Translations under genes and position numbers: made by a program
Shown: piece by piece, positions 40,725 to 58,170 of the stretch
How the letters are laid out: every line of letters starts with the position of its first letter
How positions within the stretch are numbered: position 1 is the stretch's first letter
The notes under the pieces: model-generated
What the model saw: only the letters and a program-made list of their open reading frames with translations
What the model was told of the DNA's origin: nothing
Databases searched by the model: none
Assembly (NCBI GenBank): GCA_951406725.2
Contig: OX597830.1
Coordinates: 23,560,001-23,624,000, forward strand
Direction: 5' to 3'
DNA from: Octopus vulgaris
Taxonomy: Eukaryota
Length of the DNA stretch: 64,000 nt

Positions 40725-41694
40725 TGCTGGCATTTTTTCATGTAATCCATGATTTTTCCAGGCTGTGCTATTATGCTAATTAATAATGTGTCAAATGTAT
40801 CAATTAGCGTTGTCGTTGATAATTTTTTCCTTGCCTCAAAGACGTCGGTGACATAAATCAAAAGTCCGCTTATAGCACTATATTTATAAAAATGTATAGA
40901 ACTATATTATCACCCTCAAATTTGAAAAACAAACACTGATAACTTTTTTCTTTTAAAATTTCATTCCATGAGATTGATACCATGAAATTCCTCGATTTGA
41001 GTTCTATCATTTTAGCTTAATTAAAATATAGTTTGTTTTTAAAATAAGAAAGTTGATCATACTTAAATCCAATTTTTGGCCTCATATTTTTTTCATGATA
41101 TTTTACCTCACAAGTTTTTTGGTACAAATTTTTGTTGCAAGGTAACAAAACTATGAAATTCTTCATGGTTTCTTCTATCATTGAAGTCAAGATAAATATA
41201 TTTTGCTTTTAAAATAAAAAAAAGTTATTCAGATCTAAACTTAATTGGTAGCGTTACTTACTCTCCTATAACGTTGCTACAAATATTAATGTGACCTTTT
41301 TTCTGCTGGTTCAGATCTCATTTTGTTATGCCAAAATGTTGCTAGGAATCAGTCTTCTGTTTGGTTAAGAACTGATTTAGCGACAAGCTCTGAAAGGTGC
41401 TGCGTGTGAATAAATTGCGGCCTTAAGAACATTGTTCAACTACTACCGTAGTTGAACGATATACGAGTGAGTAGACAAACAAAAGGGCACTCAATACATT
41501 TTTGGGGGAGTTTTTTAGGATCAAAATAGCTTGATACTCTTTGTATCAAGTACTCTTTGGTACTCTGAGTTTCAAGCGTGTCGCTAGCCTTCTGCCATTG
41601 GGTTTCAAACTTAGTGGCCGAAGACTATCGACACTCACAGTAGCAAGGAGCTTGAATCAAACTGTTTTGATCCATCTATCCATCCATCCATTTA

Positions 41695-41730
<36 letters not shown>

Positions 41731-41976
41731 TGTATGTATGTGTGCATGTATACATGTAATGTGTGTGCGTGGATGTCTGTGTATGCTGCAGCCCCGGGAC
41801 GACCAATGTTTTGTGAATGAATTTGGTGAACAGAAACTGTGTAGAAGCCTGTCGTATGTAATTATATATGTACATATGTATGCATGTGTGTCATTGCGTT
41901 TATGTCTGTTCATCACCGACCACGACCTTTGGGTCGAAACTAGCAAAACAGTGTTATACGTATATGTATATGTAAA

Positions 41977-42035
<59 letters not shown>

Positions 42036-42100
42036 ATATATGTATGTATGTATGTATAAATGTAGATATATGTAAACATACATATACACACACACACACA

Positions 42101-42136
<36 letters not shown>

Positions 42137-42154
42137 TGTATGTATGTATGTATG

Positions 42155-42195
<41 letters not shown>

Positions 42196-42492
42196 GTATG
42201 GCTTAGTGGTTAGGGTGTTGTACTTACGATCACTCGGTCGTGATATCAAGTCTTAGACTGAGTGGTGCGTTGTGTTCTTGAGCAAACCATTTCATCTAGC
42301 GTTGTTCTGCGATCACTTCACTTCGATACCTGGCGCTTGGTCTACCATACACCTGTTCAGACAGCGTCGATTTGGTGGAGAGAGCGAGCCAATGTGCGGC
42401 ACGAACATTTGATTACTATAAACAAATTATCTGTACAAGCCGTTTGGCAAAAGCTGAATGTTCATACGTTGTCTTGGACGGGAGAGTCCAGC
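42196..42492 (+). mobile_element. CORE-SINE with yet another tail
   Basis: TGGCTTAGTGGTTAGGG head and TTGTGTTCTTGAGCAAA core. Confidence 0.75.
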
Positions 42493-42735
42493 ATATACAT
42501 AGGAATGATCAGATGCCACTCGAAGTTTTCTCAGTGAGAGTAGACTAGGGAATATAACTATATAAAAGCAGCTTCAATATGAAGACTTGAAAGAGGCATG
42601 CATAATCCAGGGTTGACTTAGCCATGTACCACGTTCTGCTTGATGTTTAGACTCTTTTCAACTTTAACTGAAGGGCTGCCGCTATGCAGCTTATCGGTAA
42701 TTTGGAGCGGATAAGTAGAGTGTTACTGTTAACTA

Positions 42736-43111
42736 GTAGGAGCACTCCGTCGGTTACGACGATGAGGGTCCCAGCTGATGCGATCAACGGAACAGCTTGC
42801 TCGTGGAATTAACGTGCAAGTGGCTGAGCATTCCACAGACACGTGTGCCCTTAACGTAGTTCTCGAGGAGATTCAGCGTGACACAGAGTGTGACAAGACT
42901 GGCTCTTTGAAATACAGGTGCAACAGAAAAAGGAAGGAAGAGTGAGAGAAAGTTGTGGTGAAAGAGTACAGCAGGGTTCACCGCCCCCCCCCCCCTGCAG
43001 GAGCCTTGTGAAGCTTTAGGTGTTTTCGCTCAATAAACACTCACAATGCTCGGTCTGGGAATCGAAACCGCGAGTCCGCTACCCTAACCACTGGGCCATT
43101 GCGCCTCCACG
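42736..43111 (-). mobile_element. Family R SINE
   Basis: Reverse complement of 3778-4166; TSD ACTGTTAACTA at 42725-42735 and 43112-43122. Confidence 0.92.
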
Positions 43112-44910
43112 ACTGTTAACTAAGAACGAAACGAATTGGATTCAAAGCCCGTCTTTAAATCCATAAAAATTAGGTGCCTCTATTCGTAATTTCACAAGGA
43201 AATTAAATAAATATAGTTATTACGACAAGTAGACAATTATGGATTTGTGTAACTACCTGAATAAGCATCATCAGCGCTGAAACCTACCAACGAAACACTT
43301 GGACACCTACACCAATGAAGGGAACACATCTATGTCTCTTAACACTTGTGGTTGTCTCCTCTTCGTAATTTCAGTTGATATCAACGGCCTGCAAGTAATT
43401 CATTTACCCTTTCTGGAAATGCAAATAATGTCAATAAATCGAGAATTTATCTTGCCAACCACTGCATCAATTATCCTATCTTCTACCTCATTGACCAGGA
43501 AAAAGTAGGATAGGTCAACTGGCCGCATCTTTAGGCACAAGTGCTCCATCTTAAGTAAGAGATTTTTACACCGATATCAGATTTTCGCCTTTGTGTTATT
43601 TCGATCCTTAAACATGCCTCAACTTTCGAAAAATCTGGAAAGAAGCAAATCTAGTTGGACACCTCGAACACAGACGATGATTTAAGTTTTTATTCAAATC
43701 GATCAGAGACCAATATTCTATCAGCCATCAACCATATTGGCTATGAAAAGCTAAGGGGAAGCCATTTTTTTTTCTCGTTCAACTGTTGTCTTGCAGGCAG
43801 TATCACAGATCAACCACATCGCTGTCCAGTTTCCTAAACAGACGACATGTTAAACTGAATGAGAAATTAGTTGCTGACGTCATATTTCCACCATTTTAAA
43901 AACACATAAAATACCCATGCTATGTGATTTTTCTTTCTTTACATCAGTGATATTATCTACTTGCATACGTGTGTCACTCAAATGGAACGTTCATTGAAAA
44001 CCATCCGTTTAATATCATTTATCTAAAACCGAATTTCACACATGCGAGTTTACAAACAAGCTCATACTTACGGGTACACTCTACAAGACATTATGTACAC
44101 CAATATTTTTAGTAATGTACCGTAATGAAATCTGTTTATTTTCCATGCATCATCCACTGTCTAAACACAACGCATTTTCCACTAAATTACTGTTGTATTT
44201 TCAACATGTTTTCACAAACGCTGTAAAAACACGCGCCATTTAATTACTTTGAATTTCAGTCTCTCTAAGACTGGAAGAAGTCTATTTTTGTGTTTTTGGT
44301 GGAACGAACATGGAAAATAAAGGAACTCTGATATATATACGACATTCCCCTTGTTGTGTCTATGCGAATCTTTATTTTTTTTTCATTTCTTTATATGATT
44401 TGTTTTTACAGGTTTTAGATAAGGAGAATTGCCGAAAGATAACATGGGTACACTTATCATGTATGTCTGCACCAGCGCATGCGCATATATTGAGACAGAT
44501 AAGCAAACTACTACACGCATACTAAATACACACGCACGAATACGTCGTTTTGACTTCCGTTGTTCTTACGTTTATTTTCGATTTACCAACATACATACAT
44601 ATATACATACATAGAGACATACATGCATATATATATATACATATATGCATAAATAAATACATACATGCACACATTGATATATATGCATAAATATATACAT
44701 ACATACATACATACATACAAAAATATATATCATATGCATATATACATATACATATATATTTATAAGTATATGTACACATACACACCTATTTATATGTATA
44801 TAGCTACATGCCACATATATGTATGCATTTATGTATGGTATGTGTGTGTATGTGTGTATGTATGTATGTATCTATCTATAAATATATGATATTGATTTTA
44901 TATATTTACA

Positions 44911-44955
<45 letters not shown>

Positions 44956-44959
44956 GTTC

Positions 44960-45011
<52 letters not shown>

Positions 45012-45028
45012 GTCTGTCTGTCTCTCAC

Positions 45029-45106
<78 letters not shown>

Positions 45107-45222
45107 TAAACTGATACATGAGAAAATTCACAACACGCAAAACACACATACACACACATCTGCATACACATAGATACACACACACACGCACACACGCACA
45201 CACCCATACACACACACATATA

Positions 45223-45270
<48 letters not shown>

Positions 45271-45292
45271 TACTTAAGCATCCAAACTTACA

Positions 45293-48431
<3,139 letters not shown>

Positions 48432-48465
48432 GATATATAGACATAGACATATATATATATATATA

Positions 48466-48864
48466 CTAGCAGTATTGCCCGGTGTTGCTTGTGTTTGTTT
48501 CGATCCTTTAGAATTGGAATTTTTGAAAAGTAAAAATTTTGCATTATGTAGCTTGTTACTCTCTTTAAGTGAACATTTTTCTGGTTGAAATACACCGAAA
48601 AATGGCAACACAGAAGTAAAAAAATCGTACAAAATAGGGATTTTCATAGAAAAAACAAGCACGTTTTTGATGTAAATAAGTTTTGGTGTTAACATGGCTC
48701 GGTTTGAATTTTTTTTTCTTCTATGGAATGAAGAGCAAGCCTTCTTCTAGCATACTTTCAATTTTGGTCAACTTGCGCTGCAGGGTCTCGGAGGAGATAG
48801 TGTTAGTTGAAGGCTACCAAACCTGCCATAGACAAACAACTTGTGCTTTTTATATATATATATA

Positions 48865-48867
<3 letters not shown>
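48466..48867 (-). mobile_element. Non-autonomous Helitron-like element
   Basis: Minus-strand 3' end CCGGGCAATACTG-CTAG, shared with the end at 25289-25305; 5' TC(AT)n start. Confidence 0.75.
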
Positions 48868-48919
<52 letters not shown>

Positions 48920-48934
48920 TACATATACATATTC

Positions 48935-49150
48935 TTTTATTCTTTTATGGTTCAATCAGTTGACTGCGGCCATGCTGGAGCACCACCTTTAGTCGAAGAA
49001 ATCAACCCCAAGACTTATTCTTTGTTAGCCTAGTACTTATTCTATTTGTCTCTTTTTTGCCGAACCACTAAGTTACAGGGATGTAAACAAACCAGCATCG
49101 GTTGTCAAGCAATGTTGGCAGTGACAAACACAGGCACACACACACAAACA
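48935..49150 (-). mobile_element. Family C SINE 3' part
   Basis: GACTGCGGCCATGCTGGAGCACC...CTAAGTTACAGGGATGTAAAC. Confidence 0.85.
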
Positions 49151-49151
49151 C

Positions 49152-49193
<42 letters not shown>

Positions 49194-49216
49194 TTATTTT
49201 TCTAATTTATATATAT

Positions 49217-49502
49217 ATTTCATGCAATTTACGCAGGCTTGCACGCGTGGTGAACACAGTTCACGTCAAACAGCTGACTGAGTAAAGTTCACTATTCAGT
49301 GCATGGGATAAGGCCTAAACAAACACATTATCAATTTTTGCACTTGCGAGATGAATTTCGTAACAGAAATAGCGCAGTTCAATTTTCATTTGCCTAAATG
49401 TTAAGTGACTCATTTTTGCTGGTTCTACTATTTGTTGGCTAGGAGGAGATGTGCCGAGAAGTTAAACACACAGACACACAAGTTGAGTTTTATATATATA
49501 TA
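49217..49502 (-). mobile_element. 5' part of the 24713 Helitron family
   Basis: Reverse complement of ~24715-25000. Confidence 0.88.
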
Positions 49503-49845
49503 GGGGCAGGCGTGGCTGTGTGGTAAGATGCTTGCTTCGCAACCACGTAGTTCCGGGTTCAGTCTCACTGCGTGGCACCTTGGTCAAGTATCTTGGGAAT
49601 AAATTTGTTTGACAGAAACTAAAAGTTTCTCGTTGTATATATATATATATATATGTATATGTTCGTGTCTGTGTCTGTCCGCCCTCAACCGATATTGGTG
49701 TGTTGACGCCCCTGTAACTTAACGGTTCGAGAAAAGGGAAGAAAGGAATAAGTGCTAGATTAAGTCCTGGGGGCGATTTGTTCGAGTAAAGGCGGTGCTC
49801 TAGCGTGGCCGCAGTCAAATGACTGAAACAAGTGGAAGAATAAAA
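49503..49845 (+). mobile_element. Family C SINE
   Basis: Head, CORE (GGCACCTTGGTCAAGT), internal (TA)n and tail. Confidence 0.88.
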
Positions 49846-49848
49846 CAA

Positions 49849-49901
<53 letters not shown>

Positions 49902-50512
49902 TTGTAAAAAATGAAGTTCGAAAATGCTGCTGTATTATACAATTTTTAATTTTTATATATACATTATAACATGTTTCAGTTCCTGAAATGAACCTTATCA
50001 AAAAAAGTTATATATAAAAAGAGACAGCTCATGCCGTCAAACACAAGAAATTCATTTATAATACACAACGGAGTCAGACATCTTAGAGTTCATGTATAGT
50101 TGATATATAGTTCATGTATAGTTGATATATAGTTTGAAGTATATTTCAAAGTGTTCGATGCAGTGGCCCACGGTGGCGATACGTATTCAATACAAAAAAC
50201 AGATCATATATATATATATATATACATACACACACATAGATACATATATATCTATATATGTGGCATGTTTGTATGTGTGTATGCATGTGTGTGTGTATGT
50301 GCGTGTCTGTAGGTGTATGAATGTTTGTGTGAGTGGGTGTATGTGACCACACGACCATAATATATGCTTAAGAAGTAATGTCGGAAGATCTTACATGAAA
50401 ATATTTTCTCGTTTAATTGTAGTGAGTCATTTTGCTCAATCGTGAATATGCATGCGTATGAGTGTCTCTAAGCATGCATTATTTACTTGTATGGATGGAT
50501 GTCTAAATGGAC

Positions 50513-50625
<113 letters not shown>

Positions 50626-50733
50626 TAGATATATACATATACACATATACATATATACTTATATATATGTATATACACATGTAAATAGAGATACAAATAT
50701 AGGTAACTGGCATAGAGATGCACAAATAGATCG

Positions 50734-50863
<130 letters not shown>

Positions 50864-50906
50864 TTGTCTATCTATCTGTTATCATCGTTTCTATATGTGT
50901 GCGTAC

Positions 50907-50937
<31 letters not shown>

Positions 50938-51225
50938 TGTTTGTGTGTGTGCAAGAGAGAGAGAGAAAGAGAGAGAGAGAAAGAGAGAGATATAATGAAA
51001 GAAAGAGAGAGAGAGAGAGACAGGGAAAGAGATTGAGAAGGAATTTTTTTCTATCGATGTGTTTAGATATATTCGCATAATATAGAATCATTATGCATGT
51101 ATTCTATTATATCCATACTTATGCATAAAATATATTGTTAAATTTCCATATATAATTAACATTATTACATTTTTACCTAACGTAACTCTTTCATATACCA
51201 ACAATACGCACAGACACATATATGC

Positions 51226-51259
<34 letters not shown>

Positions 51260-51663
51260 TGTAATAATGCACAATATATCAATACACAAATGTATGCGAA
51301 GTGTATATACACAAATGTACAAACGCACAGAGGTACACACATGCACATACACACATACGCTGACACACGGACACAGACTCACGTTCACTCTCTCTCACTC
51401 TCAAATAGATATATAAATGTGTGGATATAGACATGTATATATACACTTTAGATAACGAGCTGTTCGAAATATATCCATTTAATGAATAATTCTATATATA
51501 AACATACATACACATATACACATCCGTATTTCCATATACACATCAGCCAACACAAACATACACACACGCACATTCACACACGAATTAATATACATATATG
51601 TGTATGTATGTATGTATGTATGTATGTTTGTATCTATCTGGCTATCCATATATCCATCCATCC

Positions 51664-51741
<78 letters not shown>

Positions 51742-51820
51742 TTATTTATATATGTATGTGTTTGTGTATATATATATACACATGTATGTTTGTGTGTACA
51801 TACAAACAATACATACATAC

Positions 51821-51856
<36 letters not shown>

Positions 51857-52656
51857 TTACATATATACACATACACATATATACTAAATATATACACACA
51901 TACATATATACATACATACACACCTCCACATACACACATTCATATATATAAGCACATGAATATATACATACACGCACACACACACACACATATATATATA
52001 TATACCTATACGCTAATTTAAAGTAGTGTAAGTAGTACATTTTTTTCAATTCCATTTTACAATAAATATATACAAATACTGTAAAACTCCAACGTTTTGC
52101 AATCTGTTTTTGCTTGTTTTTGAATTTTTCGAAATTTTTCTTATAATTTCTTTCTCATCTTTGAATGTTTTTCGTTTTTCTTTTGTCTAGCTAGAGCGTA
52201 AATGATGAAGAGTAGAGGAGAATAACCATTTTATTTGCTGGCAACAATCTCATCATAGAAATATATTTCCAATCTAAAAGAATAATGTTTTGTTTTGTTT
52301 GAAAAAAGAAAAAAATAGAAATATACTCATCTTAGACAAAGGCCAATATCTTGTAAGGAGGAAGAAAAAAATGGAATAATTGGTAGATTGAATGCGTCTC
52401 TCCATCTCTTCTTCCCAGTCGCTATATCATCGTGGCATATATATTTCTATAAAAGAAAGTTTTCCGAAGTGCTTCATGACTTCTGTTACCAGCGGGAGTG
52501 ACTGAAAACTCTAAATTTTCGGATTTTTTACCTTCGTCTGAAAGTGTGTAACGTGTGTAAAACGCACAGAAAGAAAGTAAATGATGTTGTCCCTTTGGTT
52601 GCGTTTAACTTCTCTCGGCAATTAAATTTGGTATTTTTTTCTCTAGAAACCGCCTA

Positions 52657-52845
52657 CGGATTAAGTGCTTGGAGAAGGACATCATGCTCGGAATGGTCAG
52701 TGGCAAGAGAGAAAGAGGCCGACCAAGAACCCGCTGGCTTGACACCATCAAGAGTGATACCGGAATGGACATAGCCAATCTGAAAGAAGCGACCCAGGAT
52801 AGAACTGACTGGAGGACAATGATCCAACGAGTAACCGAGAGATAG
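52657..52845 (+). mobile_element. RTE-clade LINE 3' end
   Basis: LEKDIMLGMVSGKRERGRPRTRWLDTIKSDTGMDIANLKEATQDRTDWRTMIQRVT*. Confidence 0.9.
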
Positions 52846-52900
52846 ATAGACACAATAATCGCCAGTTTCCTTAGGTTCTGGATTTATATTAATTCCTATC

Positions 52901-53200
52901 GGTAAAAGGTAAAGACCCCCTTCGGTCACGGACGACCATGGGACTGCACCTAGAAAGTCGTCCCCTCCACGAAGGACAAGTCCGAGCAAGGTTGTTTTTG
53001 TGGAGGACCAACTGTCCGCCCATGCATGCCATACCTCCCCTCTCCATGTCACCGATTTTATCTAAGGGAAAGTCAAAAGCCAATACAGCTAGGTACCAGT
53101 GACGCCGCAACACATTTCTACGTCTGAGTAAACTGGTGCAAAGTGAAATCAAGTACCTTGCTCAAGAACACAACACACAACCCAATGAGCCATGTGCTTT
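52901..53200 (-). mobile_element. CORE-SINE with a distinct tail ending (TTTACC)n
   Basis: TTGTGTTCTTGAGCAAGGTACTTGATTTCAC core on the minus strand; head degraded. Confidence 0.72.
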
Positions 53201-53260
53201 CACAATCACTGAGCCTTGTATCTTATTCTGTAAGTAATCCCATATATATTTACATTATAT

Positions 53261-53565
53261 AGAAGCACATGGTCTTGTGGTTAGAGCAGCGGCCTCGCAG
53301 TCGAAGGATCTCGGGTTCGAATCTCAGACCGGGTGATCTGTGTGTTTATGAGCGAACCACCTATGTTCCACGTGGCTCCGGCAGAAGGCAGCAGTGAACT
53401 TCTGCTGACTCTTTCGCCACATCTTTCTCTCACTCTTTCCTCCTGCATCTTGCAGCACGCCTGCGATGGACCGGCGTCCCGTCCAGGTGGGGAACCTATA
53501 CACCAAGGAAACTGGGAAACCGGCCCCTATGAGCCAAGCGTGGATCGAGAAGAAACAGAACAGAA
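53261..53565 (+). mobile_element. SINE with family R-like head and the tail type of the 31195 dimer
   Basis: GGCTCCGGCAG/CTCTTTCGCCACA body plus CTGCGATGGACCGGCGTCCCGTCCAG...GAAACTGGGAAACCGG tail. Confidence 0.82.
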
Positions 53566-53901
53566 GAGAGAGATATTTACATTATAATTAATCCTTGGAC
53601 GAATAAAAAGTTTTGACTCGGAACATTGAACGGTGAAACCTAGCATGGTACGAGTCTGCCATGTTCATATTCGTAGCTATGCGCATTTCTGTGGTTGTTG
53701 TTACTGTTCCTGATGAGGATGAGGATGCTGATGACGACAACGACGGTTACAATAACGACGATGATGACATTAATGACGATGATTAAGATGATGATGATGA
53801 TTACTTCTGTTGTTGATTGACCCCGCACCAGGTCAGACCGTACTATGCTTCGGTAAGGAAAGAAGATGGCCACAAGCGTGTCTGTGTGGTAAGAAGCTTG
53901 C

Positions 53902-54127
53902 GGCGAGCTGGCAGAAACGTTAGCACACTGGGCGAAATGTTTAGCGGTATTTCGTCTGCCGCTACGTTCTGAGTTCAAATTCTGCAGAGGTCGACTTTGC
54001 CTTTCATCCTTTCAGGGTCGATTAAATAAGTACCAGTTACGCACTGGGGTCGATATAATCGACTTAATTCGTTTGTCTGTCCTTGTTTGTCCCCTCTATG
54101 TTTGTCCCCTTGTGGGCAATAAACAAA
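53902..54127 (+). mobile_element. Family M SINE inserted into a family C head
   Basis: TSD TAAGAAGCTTGC at 53890-53901 and 54128-54139. Confidence 0.88.
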
Positions 54128-54629
54128 TAAGAAGCTTGCTTCCGGTTAAAGAATTCGGTCGTGTTTTTGTTTTTTTGCGCTCTGTGAATTGGCATTTTTA
54201 TTGTTGAAAATTGTTATTGTGAACTGTTGCCTGTTTGCAGGCTTTGTTGGATTATTTATTCCCCGGTATTCCGGAGGATAGTGAAATTTTTGTAGCCACT
54301 TGGCATTTGTTTTGGATTCTTTAACGGAGTACATGATATAATTTAGACTTTGTAGGCATTATTGCACTGCGCCCCACCCCCATGCGGGGGGTGGGTGGTT
54401 GAGATTTGAACTATTGTTCCTCTTGAAAGGAATTAATTTTTGAACTGAAGGAAAACCTATAATTTTTTTTGGCTTCGCTGAGCTGCTCCCCTCCCCCTGA
54501 CGGGGGTGGGATCTGAATCTATATTTCCTGTGAAAGGAAAGCATTTTTTAACTCTGTTTTTCTGTTTCTTTTGCAGTCGTCGCGATACATACTGAAAAGC
54601 TGGAGATCCCATTTGGGGACCTCCAGGAG

Positions 54630-55342
54630 ATGTTCAAGAGGATGTCGGGGGTGGAGGGTGATGTTAAAATATCGCCTGCCATTGACACAACGGCGGAAAT
54701 AAAAAAAGAACTGTTATATTCAAAACATTTTGCTCAAAGGAAAAGAAAATGGCACACATGGACCAGGATAAAATTGAAAAAGGACTTGCCCCAATTTGGA
54801 ATGACATCATGTATATCTCTAGAAAGAAAAAAATTGGCACAGTAGAAGCCAGGTTTAGGACAGCAGAGAAGGCCCACGAGCATTGTCAGCCCTTTAAAAA
54901 CAAATGAAGTGGTACTTCTGCGTCTCGTGTTAAGGTGGCCAAAGCACCGCTGGAAAGTGAAGCCGTGTAGGTGATGGCCGCCCAGTTATTTAACAGGGAG
55001 GACGAAATTAACATATTACAAGTGACACAGTCTGCCCCTCAAAATTGGCTCGAGCAGAGCATCACGGCTATCATTCAAGCGGCTCTGAAAGATATTTAAA
55101 AAATTCTCGATAGAGTGTTCGTGGTTGAGGACGTGGTCCTGAAAATTCAGGTGGAGGGAAAGAAGCCGATGTGCTTTAAATGTGGTCGAAAGAGACACAT
55201 AAAGGCCGATTGTGACTCCAAGAAAAATGAAGGGCAAACCTCGACACAAGAGGGAGAACATTCAAAAGCCCAAACATCTGTAATTTCATCCACACCCGGC
55301 CCCTCACAAACCCCCAAAAGTTCTTTCGTCCCACTTCTGTGA
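54630..55342 (+). mobile_element. Degenerate Tx1/L1-like ORF1 with CCHC zinc knuckle
   Basis: VIFKTFCSKEKKMAHMDQDKIEKGLAPIWNDIMYISRKKKIGTVEARF, then IQVEGKKPMCFKCGRKRHIKADC (CX2CX4HX4C); frameshifted. Confidence 0.78.
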
Positions 55343-55739
55343 CCTCATCAGTGGTCCTTTGCTTTCTTCATTCTTTTTTGTGCGTGTCTTTCCTTACTAA
55401 TGATCAGCCATTTTGTATTCCTATTGTATGTGCCTTTATTTGCGCATGCGTATATTCCATGTCTGTTTATGTTTAATAAGTGTGTGTATGTGTGTGAATG
55501 TACCTGTATTATCAGTATCCCCTGTTTATACACGCGCGTTTAATTTGCTTCTATTTATTTAGTTCATTTGTTTATATGTACTTATGTTTTCTTTTCTTTC
55601 TATTTTTGTTTTCTATTTAATTTATTTTGTTTGTATATATATAGTTATTTAATTCCATTTATTTATCTGTATTATATTATATTCATAGTTTATGGGGATC
55701 ATATTCTGTCATAGGTTGTGGAGTGTTGGAGTGTGTGTG

Positions 55740-55793
<54 letters not shown>

Positions 55794-55796
<3 letters not shown>

Positions 55797-56912
55797 GTGT
55801 AATCAATAAAATATATGCATACATACAAACATATATGTACGTACCTACATCTACATGTATATATACATGCATACATAAATATATATACGTGAGTACAGGA
55901 CACCACAACTAGACGTAGAACTCAACGAGAAACGAAAACGGAAAAACCATTTTTTTACAACAGAAAAACAGAGATGTAGAACTCAATGAGAAACGAAAAC
56001 GGAAAAAACATTTTTTTACAACAGAAAAACAGAGACGTAGAACTCAATGAGAAACGAAAACGGAAAAACCATTTTTTTACAACAGAAAAACAGAGTACAG
56101 GACATACTACACAAGGAAAAATCCCCTTCATCAGCTGTCACTAGTTCGACTCTAGCGTGTTTCGAAGGCAAGACAGAACACGACTCGCCAAACTAATCCT
56201 TCCTACGAGAGAATTAAAATAAAATTACCTCGCAGAGGGGTAAAAACAAGCAAGAAAAAAATGTAACACAAACAGGACGTAAAAACGATACAAATAAAAC
56301 TACGTAATAAAATACAAGATAAAAATACATGTACAAGAAAATGCAATACGAGAAATAAAAATAAACAAGAAAACAAACAAGAAAACCAGCGAGAAGGCCT
56401 TTTTCTGGCTTAGACGGAGGAGATTCTGGCAGCGCATGGGGACACAAATGTGTGTCTTTACAGTTTGAAGGCCGCGTGTAAAAGGAAGTAGTTTTGGCTA
56501 GCAGTGACAAAGATAAGGAGGAGTGAGAGAGAGAGAGATAGAGGAAGACAAGCGGCTGAGAGAGAGATGAGGAAGAGTGAGAAAGAGAGAGAGAGAGATG
56601 AGGAAGAATGAGAGAGAGAGAGAGAGAGAAGGGAAGGTAAGGCAAAGAGATAAGGAATTTCGCGTCATAATTATATATAAAACAGTACTGGGAGAATAAG
56701 AACGGAACGAAGCGAACGAATCGAATCGAACCGACGCGAGGGTGCTGTCAAACAATAGTGTAATCAATAAAATATATGCATACATACAAACATATATGTA
56801 CGTACCTACATCTACATGTATATATACATGCATATATAAATATATATACGTGAGTACAGGACACCACAACTAGACGTAGAACTCAACGAGAAACGAAAAC
56901 GGTAAAACCATT
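55794..56912 (-). mobile_element. Non-coding Penelope-like unit with 158-bp direct terminal repeats (period 961 bp)
   Basis: 55794-55951 matches 56755-56912; HHR-like halves at 56128-56163; abuts (TA)n. Confidence 0.7.
55911..56093. repeat. 3 x 61-bp tandem repeat
   Basis: Units start at 55911, 55972 and 56033. Confidence 0.93.
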
Positions 56913-56913
56913 A

Positions 56914-57230
56914 AGGCGTGTGGCTTAGTGGTTAGGGCATTCAGCTCATGATCGTAAGGTCGTGAGTTCAATTTCCGGCGACGCGTTGTGTCCTTTAGCA
57001 AGACACTTTATCTCACGTTGCTCCAGTCCACTCAGCTGGCAAAAAGGAGTTGTACCTGTATTTCAAGAAGTCAACCTTGTCACACTCTGTATCATGCTGA
57101 ATCTCCTTGAGAACCAAGTTAAGGGTACACGTGTCTGTGGAGTGCCCAGCCACTTGCACGTTAATTTCACGAGCAAGCTGTTCTGCTGATTGTATCAGCT
57201 GGGACCCTCGTCGTAACCGACGGAGTGCTC
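56914..57230 (+). mobile_element. Chimeric SINE: CORE head (as 31195) plus family R tail
   Basis: TTGCTCCAGTCCACTCAGCTGGCAAAAA joined to TTGTACCTGTATTTCAA...CGTAACCGACGGAGTGCT. Confidence 0.87.
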
Positions 57231-57237
57231 GTTAATA

Positions 57238-57280
<43 letters not shown>

Positions 57281-57317
57281 GCGCACACACACGCACACAC
57301 ACACACACATATGTCAC

Positions 57318-57520
57318 CATAAATTCGCCATGATAGATCGTTAGCCACTACACACATTTTTTCTTTCCTTTTTTTACTCTCCTTGTTTTTTCTGTGTCCC
57401 TTTCTGCAGAAGAGCGTAGGCTCGAAACGTAAAAGACTTCTTCTATTCCTGAGCGTTATACTAATACATCTGTTTGTTTTGTTCACCACCTGTCTTCCTC
57501 TTGTTTTTTTCGTAAACTCT

Positions 57521-57522
<2 letters not shown>
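57318..57522 (+). mobile_element. Penelope-like terminus with variant HHR (57400-57435)
   Basis: CTTT-CTGCAGA-A-GAGC-gtag-GCTC-GAAA-CG-TA-AAAG; ends at (TA)n. Confidence 0.75.
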
Positions 57523-57584
<62 letters not shown>

Positions 57585-57847
57585 TATATATATATGGCCA
57601 CAGCCTTAGCGCTGAAACGTATAAAATAATAAAAGAATATTTGTATGTGTCTGATGTGCCTGCGTGTGTGCGTGTGTGCATGGGTGCTGTGTATATGTGT
57701 ACTGTGTGTCTGAATAGGTATATTGCCATAAAGATGTAGAAACCTTGCTATACGCGCTGGTATCTCTTTCAGTGGAATAAACTGGGAGATCGCTGTCATC
57801 ACCAAACATTTTTCTCATCATCGTCAATAATACCTCAGTCGTCGTTT

Positions 57848-58103
57848 ACTACAACCAACACTACAAACACTACTACTACTACTACTACTACTAATACTAC
57901 TACTACAACAACAACAACAACAACAACAACAACTACTACTACTACTACTACTACTACTACTGCTACTGCTGCTGCTGCCGCTGCTACTACCACTAATGCT
58001 GCTGCTGTTACGACTACTACTACTAATGCTGCTGCTACTACTACTGCTAATGTTGCTGCTGCGGCTACTACTACTACTACTAATGCTGCTGCTGCTGCTG
58101 CTG

Positions 58104-58170
<67 letters not shown>

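Noticed and set aside
43299-43640. Unique, coding-looking sequence (also 30880-31170)
   Set aside because: Only short ORFs, with no recognisable motif or clear splice sites.
55911-56093. Regularly spaced 61-bp repeats as a CRISPR array
   Set aside because: Head-to-tail units with no unique spacers, no cas genes, and a eukaryotic context.
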